14,318 nt of DNA from Octopus sinensis (Eukaryota). Made by a program: the position numbers and the translations under genes. Below, piece by piece: positions 1-7,510 of this stretch (position 1 is the first letter of the stretch; the number at the start of each line of letters is the position of its first letter). The stretch spans positions 1 to 14,318 of the forward strand of contig NW_021825839.1 of the NCBI RefSeq assembly GCF_006345805.1, given 5' to 3'. Below the pieces are notes generated by a model. It was not told the DNA's origin and ran no database searches. It saw nothing but the letters and a program-made list of their open reading frames with translations.

Positions 1-213
1 ATGTTGGGGGGTGGGAGGGATGGAGATTTGAAGGAGTGTTGGGGTGGGGCTGGGAAAGGAGATTAAATCAAAGATGAACTGGGATTTGACAACAACTAAA
101 CAACAACAGCAACAACAATACAATACCGTCACCGTCACAGATGTCGGTTATCAGTTCGATGTAAAGGTTTCGTTTGCAAACATGCTATGCCTTGGTTCGA
201 TACCATCTCTAAG

Positions 214-354
214 CATACACATCATACACACATATACATACATGCATACATACATACATACATACGTACAACACGCATATTATACGCACACACGCATACA
301 TATATATGAATATTACATGTACACATTACATTCGTTACACACACACACCCCATG

Positions 355-394
<40 letters not shown>

Positions 395-888
395 CACACA
401 TGTATATATATATCGTTGTTCGAAAAAATGTTCGTTTCTATGTTTTTGTTTTTATGTTTTCGTTTCTCATTGTGTTCAACGTTTTTTTTTATGTCCTGTA
501 CCCATATATGCATGTATATATACATATATATGTAGGTATATACATATATGTATGTATATATACATATATTTATATATTATTTATATTATATATATGTATA
601 TATATATGTATACATATATATGTATATATATATATGTATATGTATATATGTATATATATATATATATATGTATGTATATATACATACATGTAAATATATA
701 CATATACATGTATATATATATACATATACATGTAATATATACATACGCACATGTATAATGTACGGTATAATGAATCTGAACGGGCAATGTTCATATATTT
801 GACCTACAAACGACATATACGCAACACATATACTGGAACACAGAGACATATACACACATATACTGATACAACAAATATACAGATATAC
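214..888. repeat. Compound (TA)n/(CA)n/(TATG)n microsatellite field
   Basis: Continuous low-complexity TA/CA/TG dinucleotide and TACA/TATG tetranucleotide repeats; source of the spurious Y/I/M/H-rich ORFs. Confidence 0.97.
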
Positions 889-891
889 ACT

Positions 892-931
892 CAGCCAGGC
901 AGCCAGGCAGCCATGCAGCCAGTCAGCCAGA
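892..931 (+). repeat. 8-bp tandem repeat (CAGCCAGG-like) x5
   Basis: cagccagg cagccagg cagccatg cagccagt cagccaga. Confidence 0.9.
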
Positions 932-1068
932 GTGTAAAGTTGGTGAGATCAGCTCCACAAAGGAGACGATATCACCTTATTTAGTACATGCTCAATCACC
1001 AATATCTGTATCACCTCCTCATTGCAACGATGATTATCAGTATAGTGAGTGAGTCATCGAGGAAGCTG

Positions 1069-1132
1069 CTATGTGGTCGGTCGATTTGCTAGAAATAGCA
1101 ACCAAATGTTCTTGAAATCATAACTTATCATC
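1069..1132 (+). mobile_element. Fragment of dispersed repeat family E
   Basis: gctagaaatagca...cttgaaatcata aligns with gctagaaacagca...ctttaaatcaca at ~12025-12090; an (AAC)n run follows at 1147-1164. Confidence 0.45.
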
Positions 1133-1311
1133 ACAACGACAACGGTAACAACAACAACAACAACCTGAACTATAACAGGAAAGGAACAAAGGAATGTAAT
1201 ATGCGTGCACCCTAGCCCACGCACGATCGGAAAAGTTTACCTCTTAGCCCTACACGATGAAGTCTGATTTAGGGCCAAATAAATTGCTTATCACTCCGGT
1301 ACTACAATAAG

Positions 1312-1697
1312 TGGAGGCGCAATGGCCCAGTGGTTAAGGCAGCGGACTCGCGGTCATAGGATCGCGGTTTCGATTCCCAGACCGGGCGTGGTGAGTGTTT
1401 ATTGAGCGAAAACACCTAAAGCTCCACGAGGCTCCGGCAGGGATGGTGGTGATCCCTGCTTGTACTCTTTCACACCACAACTTTCTCTCACTCTTCTTCC
1501 TCTTTCTGTTTGTACCTGTATTTCAAAGGGCCGGCCTTGTCACTCTCGTGTCAACGCTGAATATCCCGAGAACTACGTTAAGGGTACACGTGCCTGTGGA
1601 TGTCAGCCACTTACACGTTAATTTCACGAGCAGGTTGTTCCTTTGATCCGGATCAACCGGAACCCTCGTCGTCGTAACCGACGGAGTGCTTCCATCC
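1312..1697 (+). mobile_element. Full-length tRNA-derived SINE, type A1 (head A + tail 1; probably one of the octopus OR-type SINE families)
   Basis: A box TGGCCCAGTGG (1323-1333), B-box-like GTTTCGATTCC (1367-1377), 11-bp TSD ACTACAATAAG at 1301-1311 and 1698-1708; near-identical inverted copy at 10168-10550. Confidence 0.95.
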
Positions 1698-1725
1698 ACT
1701 ACAATAAGATCTTGCCCGTTTCTTA

Positions 1726-1765
1726 TAGTATTCAGTTCACGATCGTAAGGTCGTGAGTTCGATTG
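1726..1765 (+). mobile_element. Isolated tRNA-like head fragment of SINE type B
   Basis: ttcacgatcgtaaggtcgtgagttcgatt matches the reverse complement of the head at 3780-3815 (cccacgatcgtaaggtcgtgcgttcaatt). Confidence 0.7.
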
Positions 1766-2295
1766 CGCCCTAAACCGTTTAACCATTTTCGTAGTGTTCA
1801 CCCACTTCTCTTGATACCCTAAGCATTTGATTATTTTGCTAAACGGTTAACCCAGCCCTGCTCCCAGAAACAACGAATGCATGGAGCCGTATTGCTTCAA
1901 CAGTTACGACTTTTAAAGAAGAAGTATGGAAGTTTAAGTGAGAATTACGGGAGATTAGTGTCAAGAATTAAAGAAAATTTAAAATGTAATTAAAGCTGAG
2001 ACGGAAGTAGATAACGAATAATTAAATAATGAGATAAGATAGTTGAATGAATTACTGACTACCCTGTCAATAACAAACCCGTCTGTGAATATTTTAGGGA
2101 GTTAAACCGAAGACGAGATAATCTTAATTGGGATATGTAAACGGAAATTATATAGGGTGTTTAATCGTGGTAATTAGCAACAAATAGATCGATATCCATT
2201 AAGATATATAAAGAGGAAAATAGGAAAATGAATGAATGAATACATGGATAAATAAATATATTTATACACGGCAGAAATGTAGGTATATGGGGGAT

Positions 2296-2695
2296 ATATA
2301 TATATATATATATAAAACTGTAGTTGTGTGAGTGTCTGTCCCCTTCGATTTAGATTCCTAACTACTCCCCCCACATTTTGCGGTGCAGTTTAACCAAAAC
2401 CGGTATCTTATAGTCGTGATTCATATCGACCCGTCTGAGTATTAGCGCGCGTCAACGATGAGTCTACGATTTTAAAAATAATTTACCATCATTTTTTTCC
2501 ATTTTCCATGCATATTTTTTTAAAGGAAGTAACTCTCTAAAAATGTTCTACGATGAGTCAACGATTTTTTAAAAAATTTACCATCATATTTTTTCCATTT
2601 TTAATGTATTTGTTTGCTATTTTTTGGCTATAACTCTCTAAAATGCTGTATAGTTATTTCCCTTACAAACCGAGCACGCCGGGCGATACTGCTAG
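2296..2695 (+). mobile_element. Non-autonomous Helitron H1
   Basis: Starts (TA)nAAACTGTAG, ends with GC hairpin then CGATACTG-CTAG|T (CTAG 2692-2695); internal ~95-100-bp unit duplicated; colinear with H3. Confidence 0.88.
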
Positions 2696-2696
2696 T

Positions 2697-3218
2697 ATAT
2701 ATATATATATAAAACTGTAGTTGTGTGAGTGTCTGTCTCCTTCGATTTAGATTCCTAACTCCTCCCACATTTTTGCGGTGCAGTTTAAAAACCAAATTCG
2801 GGTATCTTATAGTCGTGATTAATATCGAGCCCGCCTCTGACTATTACGCGCGTCAACGATGAGTCTACGATTTTAAAAATAATTTACCATCATTTTTTAT
2901 TCCATTTTATGCATAATGCATCGTGTGTCGATGGCGGCGGAGTTGGCGTCCACGCTCACATCTGCACCTGTTTGCTTCTCCCCCTTCTTCCCTCCCCTCG
3001 TGAAGCTGTGGGGAGGGAGTGTAAGGAAATCAACGTCGTAAAGCGTTGTCAAGGAGACCAGCGTTCTTTTTAGAACAACGACTTCATGGCTTGAAAGACA
3101 CCAAAACAGAAATGGCTAAGAAAGCCCGAATTGGCATCTATAAGGGAAGTAACTCTCTAAAAATGCTTATATAGTTATTTCCCTTACAAACCCGAGCAAC
3201 GCCGGACGATACTGCTAG
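2697..3218 (+). mobile_element. Non-autonomous Helitron H2, long variant with a 217-bp internal segment
   Basis: Same 5' body as H1; 3' hairpin CCCGAGCAACGCCGG and CTAG|T (3215-3218); one internal unit plus a segment (2922-3138) absent from H1 and H3. Confidence 0.88.
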
Positions 3219-3231
3219 TATATATATATAT

Positions 3232-3519
3232 AAACGTCGCCCTTTTCAAGCCTAGCCAGGTTCATAGGCCCGGTTTCCCGGTTTCTGTGGCGTATGTGTT
3301 CCCCCCAGCTGGACGGGACGCCAGTCCATCGCAGCATTACTCAAGAAACAGGAAGAGAGAGTGAGAGAAAGTTGGGGCGAAAGAGTACAACAGGGGTCGC
3401 CACCACCCCCTGCCGGACCCTCGTGGATCTTTTAGGTGTTTTCACTCAATAAACACACACACAACGCCCTTTCTGGGAATCGAAACTGCGAGTCTGCTGT
3501 CCTAACCACTGGGCCATTG
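3232..3519 (-). mobile_element. tRNA-derived SINE type A2 (head A + different tail with V-domain-like core)
   Basis: 3344-3519 matches the 5' half of A1; 3232-3343 is unrelated to tail 1 and contains GCTGCGATGGACTGGCGTCCCGTCCAG (minus strand); ends in (TA)n. Confidence 0.85.
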
Positions 3520-3835
3520 GAGCACTCCGTCGGTTACGATGACGACGATTCCAGCTGATATGATCAACGGAACAGCTTACTCGTGAAATTAATGTGCAAG
3601 TGGGTGAGTACTCCATAGACATGTGTGCCCTTAACACAGTACTCAGGGAGATTCAGCGTAACACAGAGTGTGACAAGGCTGGCCCCTTGAAATACAGGTA
3701 CTACTCAATTTTGCCAGTTGAGTGGACTGGACCAACGTGAAATAGAGTGTCTTGCTCAAGGACACAATGCATCGCCAGGAATTGAACGCACGACCTTACG
3801 ATCGTGGGCCGAATATCCTAACCACTAAGCCACAT
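3520..3835 (-). mobile_element. tRNA-derived SINE type B1 (different head + tail 1)
   Basis: 3520-3701 matches the 3' half of A1. 3702-3835 is a different head with A box TGGCTTAGTGG, B-box-like GTTCAATTCC and a GTGTCCTTGAGCAAGACAC motif. Confidence 0.87.
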
Positions 3836-3837
3836 AA

Positions 3838-3839
<2 letters not shown>

Positions 3840-3880
<41 letters not shown>
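3840..3880. repeat. (CA)n microsatellite, ~20 units
   Basis: Perfect CA run. Confidence 0.97.
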
Positions 3881-3884
<4 letters not shown>

Positions 3885-3904
3885 AACAGATAACTAGTAT
3901 GTAT

Positions 3905-4292
3905 ATCTTTTATCCTTCCTTTGTTTCTGTCAATAGACTGCGGCCATGCTGGGGCACTACTTTTAAGGGTTTAGTCGAACTAATTGATCCTATTACATAT
4001 GTTTTTTTAAAATCTTGGTATTTATTCCATCCAAGGTCTTTCACGTTGAGTCGCTTCGTTACTAGGATGTAACCAGACCGACACCTATTGTTAAGCGGTG
4101 GTGGGTGACAAACGCAAGATCACACACACACACACACACACACACTTATGACGGGTTTCATTCATCAAATTCACCCACTCACAGGACATTCAATGGTCAG
4201 CTCGGAGTTACAGCTGATGACGAAGGGGCATAGGATTGAACCCGGAAACCACGTGCTTGTGAAGCAAACTTCTTACCACAGAACCACGCACG
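3905..4292 (-). mobile_element. SINE family C copy C1 (old, diverged)
   Basis: Tail motif GACTGCGGCCATGCTGGGGCAC, internal (CA)n at the family-conserved position, head remnant GAACCCGGAAACCACGTG...CTTCTTACCACA. Confidence 0.8.
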
Positions 4293-4315
4293 CGAACACA
4301 CACACACACACACAC

Positions 4316-4673
4316 GTCAGTATGTCTCTTCTATTTTTTAATTATTACAAATCTTCCACGGAGGAGGGAACCAGTTTCCAGTCCATCAAAGATACAAGAC
4401 TCCATCATTGGGATGCAATAAACACAGACAAATTCACATTTGGAACTTGAGAAAAGTCTTGCATATTTTTACTGTTCCACTCACAGATTGCACTTGCAAT
4501 ATACGAATTAACCTGTCGATTTCTCTTTCTGAAAATCTCAGTTTATCCAGATTCTCCTTTAAGCATTTACTAACAAAACCTAGAGCTCCAATTATTATTA
4601 TTATTGGTATGAACATGAATTCATAGTATGAATATAGAAGCTGGAGGTTTCGAAGCAGATGTCCATAGATAAC
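4316..4673 (-). mobile_element. 5'-truncated 3' end of an RLE-type non-LTR retrotransposon (R4/Dong/Rex6-like): ORF C-terminus plus 3' UTR
   Basis: C-terminal ORF remnant 4673-4434, then a ~100-nt 3' UTR ending A-rich (TAATAATTAAAAAATA on the minus strand); (CA)n on both sides. Confidence 0.7.
4434..4673 (-). pseudogene. C-terminal 79 codons of a non-LTR retrotransposon RT/RLE protein
   Basis: VIYGHLLRNLQLLYSYYEFMFIPIIIIIGALGFVSKCLKENLDKLRFSEREIDRLIRILQVQSVSGTVKICKTFLKFQM*. The PxxIGALG and Q....GTxKI motifs resemble the post-endonuclease C-terminus of R4-clade elements (recognised from memory, not by search). Confidence 0.72.
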
Positions 4674-4676
4674 ACA

Positions 4677-4741
<65 letters not shown>

Positions 4742-4935
4742 TAAATACACATATAGACACATATACACACACAAATGTGGATGGATAGACGCATGGAGGG
4801 AAAGTTAGGGATATAAGAATCTGTCAACGTGTGTGTATATATATGTGTGTATATTTCTATACATATACATATGTATATATCTATCCATGTGTCTTTTTCT
4901 TCCTTTATATTCGCGCGCGCACACACACACACAGA
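4674..4935. repeat. Compound (CA)n/(TA)n/(TG)n microsatellites
   Basis: Low-complexity dinucleotide runs with short spacers. Confidence 0.9.
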
Positions 4936-5076
4936 TATGAATAAACACTTGGATAGTTAAAGATTTATGAATATGTCAGTGTGTATGTTGGGTGGGTGTA
5001 TAAATATATGCTTATGTTGATCTCATTCTCTCTCATATATATACAGAAACACGTATATATATATATATATTCAAAA

Positions 5077-5288
5077 TGTGACTGCGTGTGTACCGTTGGC
5101 GATTTTTTTCCCTCTGTCTTCCCTTCTCTGGATCTTTCCTTTTCCTATGTTTCCGACGAAGATCTCCGCTCGAAACGTTAAACCCTCATTCTTTCCTTCT
5201 TTCCTGAGCGTCCAATAATACTATATTTGTTCCACGTCCTCGCGTTGTTGTGTTTTTTTTGTGCTTTCTTGTTTGGATTAACTATATA
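5077..5288 (+). mobile_element. Putative Penelope-like pseudo-LTR or retrozyme-like repeat remnant
   Basis: Pyrimidine-rich ~210-bp segment between (TA) tracts containing a hammerhead-like core. Single copy in this window, so its repetitive nature is inferred. Confidence 0.55.
5149..5183 (+). ncRNA. Minimal type I hammerhead-ribozyme-like motif (core variant, probably degenerate in this copy)
   Basis: GTTT|CCGACGA|A|GATC-TCC-GCTC|GAAA|CGT|T|AAAC: stem I GUUU/AAAC, core C(C)GACGA...GAAA, 4-bp stem II with one mismatch, palindromic ACGU stem III, GUU cleavage triplet. Confidence 0.62.
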
Positions 5289-5425
5289 GCGGTTCGGCAA
5301 AAGAGACCGATAGAATAAGTACTGGGCTTACAAAGAATAAGTCCCGGGGTCGATTTGCTCGACTAAAGGCGGTGCTCCAGCATGGCCGCAATCAAATGAC
5401 TGAAACAAGTAAAAGAGTAAAGAGT
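5287..5425 (+). mobile_element. SINE family C copy C2 (3' fragment)
   Basis: TAGCGGTTCGGCAAAAGAGACCGATAGAATAAG...CAGCATGGCCGCAATCAAATGACTGAAACAAGTAAAAGAG, matching the C3 and C6 tails. Confidence 0.93.
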
Positions 5426-5452
5426 ATGCTCTTTTGAATTCTGAATTCTGAT

Positions 5453-5610
5453 ATATATATATATATATATTATATATACACATATATACACACTCATATA
5501 TGTATATATACACACATACACGCATTTACATATATTTACATATACACACATTCATATAATATACATACATACATACATGATATATATATGGAGAGAGAGG
5601 GAGAGAGAGA
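5453..5610. repeat. Compound TA/CA then GA microsatellite
   Basis: Low-complexity dinucleotide runs. Confidence 0.92.
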
Positions 5611-5917
5611 TTGCATGAAATGAAGACATACTATGCTATCTTCTCTCGATCACAACCACCCATCTCCTACTCACACCCACCCACCCCCTACACACACACA
5701 TACACAACTTTATCGTCTCACACGTACGCATGCAGCTAGCACCAGTATACGCTTTCACGCCAGTGCGCGTGCGCATTCGATATCACATGCAGTTAGCGAA
5801 AATTACGTGTAAACACACACACACACGCCTTTTCACCACAGCTCTGTATACACATACTCGCGCGCTCGAGCACGCTCGTTTTTATAAACATTTGTACAAG
5901 ATGCATATAGATAACTC

Positions 5918-5955
<38 letters not shown>

Positions 5956-5957
<2 letters not shown>

Positions 5958-6373
5958 CGCAGGAGTGGCTGTGTGGTAAGTAGCTTGCTAACCAACCACA
6001 TGGTTCCGGGTTCAGTCCCACTGCGTGGCATCTTGGGCAAGTGTCTTCTGCTATAGCCCCGGGCCGACCAATGCCTTGTGAGTGGATTTGGTAGACGGAA
6101 ACTGAAAGAAGCCCGTCGTATATATGTTTGTGTATATATATATGTATGTATGTGTGTGTGTGTTTGTGTGTCTGTGTTTGTCCCCCTAGCATTGCTTGAC
6201 AACAGATGCTGGTGTGTTTACGTCCCCGTTACTTAGCAGCTCTGCAAAAGAGACCGATAGAATAAGTACTGGGCTTCCAAAGAATAAGTCGATTTGCTCG
6301 ACTAAAGGCGGTGCTCCAGCATGGCCGCAGTCAAGTGACTGAAACAAGTAAAAGAGTAAAAGAGTAAAGAGAG
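5956..6373 (+). mobile_element. SINE family C copy C3 (full length, TSD-flanked)
   Basis: GGCGCAGGAG start, A box TGGCTGTGTGG, B box GGTTCAGTCCC, internal TA/TG microsatellite, (GTAAAAGA)n tail; TSD AGATAACTCTTT(AC)n at 5909 and 6374. Confidence 0.95.
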
Positions 6374-6894
6374 AGATAACTCTTTACACACACACACGAT
6401 CTCAAATACACATGCCGTTTAATATATATATGTCGTATATATCGCGGTTATATTCGAATATTCTCCTGACACATATGTACATATACACCTGCATGTATGC
6501 ATGTATGTATGCACGCTTGCATGCAGGTATATGTATATATCTATGTGTATGTATGTGTGTATCTGTATGCGTGTGTTGATGTGCATGCATCTATGTATGT
6601 TAGTAGTAGTAGAAGTAGTATATATAATTTAAATTTTAAATTTTATATATTTTGTATATTATATTATATTATTTTTATTTTCATGTTTTGGTTATGTTTT
6701 TCACTGTTTGATTTGCCTAATAGTGGTTTTATCTCTAAGTATTGAGTTGCTTCAAGATGTTTACACCTGTACGAGTGTACGTTTATTATTGTATACAGTA
6801 CCCAGGTGCACCACAAACAATGTCTCTATTGTGTAAACGAGTGCGCGCATGCGTCTGTATGTGTGTGTGTGTGTATGTGTGTGTGAACAGACAT

Positions 6895-7301
6895 ACTCTC
6901 TTTTACTCTGTTTTACTTGTTTCAGTCATCTGACTGCGGCCATGCTGGAGCACCGCCTTTAGTCGAGCAAATCGACCCCAGGACTTATTCCTTGGAAGCC
7001 CAGTATATATTCTATCGGTCTTGTTTGCTGATCCACTAAGTTACGGGGACGTAAACACGCCAGCATCGGTTGTCAAGCGATGTTGGGGCGACAAACACAG
7101 ACACACAAACATATACACACACATACGTATATATATATACATATATACGACGGACTTCTTTCAGTTTCCGTCTACCAAATCCAATTATAGGGTTTTGGTC
7201 GGCCCGAGGCTATAGTAGAAGACACTTGCCTAAGGTGCCACGCAGTGGGACTGAACCCGGAACCATGTGGTTTGTAAGCAAGCTACTTACCACACAGCCA
7301 C
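6895..7301 (-). mobile_element. SINE family C copy C4 (near full length)
   Basis: Colinear reverse-complement match to C3 from tail to A box. Confidence 0.95.
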
Positions 7302-7361
7302 GAATGACTATATATTTAACATAATCCTCTCCTATACTTAAGAAAAAATAATAAACACTAT

Positions 7362-7510
7362 CATCTGTCTATCTACCTACCTACCTTCCTACCTATCTAC
7401 CTACGTATCTACCTACCTATCTATCTTTTCCCCATTTTTCTTCTTTTTTTCATTTCTTTTCTTTTGTTCCTTTTCTTTTTTTTCTTTTTTTTTCTTACCT
7501 TTTACGATCC
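7362..7510. repeat. (CTAT/CTAC)n followed by a T-rich polypyrimidine tract
   Basis: Direct reading. Confidence 0.85.

Noticed and set aside
6-54. Potential G-quadruplex (six G tracts); also G12 at 10601-10612
   Set aside because: Low-complexity G runs with no functional context; homopolymer length may be unreliable.
44-984. Long overlapping ORFs rich in Y/I/M/H/C
   Set aside because: Translations of TA/CA microsatellites that happen to lack stops; no protein-like composition.
1313-1390. tRNA gene-like sequences (also other SINE heads)
   Set aside because: A and B boxes are present but no complete cloverleaf or acceptor stem, and each runs directly into a SINE body.
1395-1646. ORFs starting MFIERKHLKLHEAPAG here and at 10282-10467
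   Set aside because: Identical starts arise because both lie in SINE A1 copies; the frames diverge downstream, and the track's starts here are not ATG codons.
1877-1993. 38-codon ORF MHGAVLLQQLRLLKKKYGSL... in unique AT-rich sequence
   Set aside because: Short, no recognisable motif or splice context; expected by chance.
4214-4250. Second hammerhead candidate CTGATGA...GAAAC
   Set aside because: Lies in the decayed head of SINE C1; no convincing stem I, II or III, and GAAAC derives from the SINE sequence.
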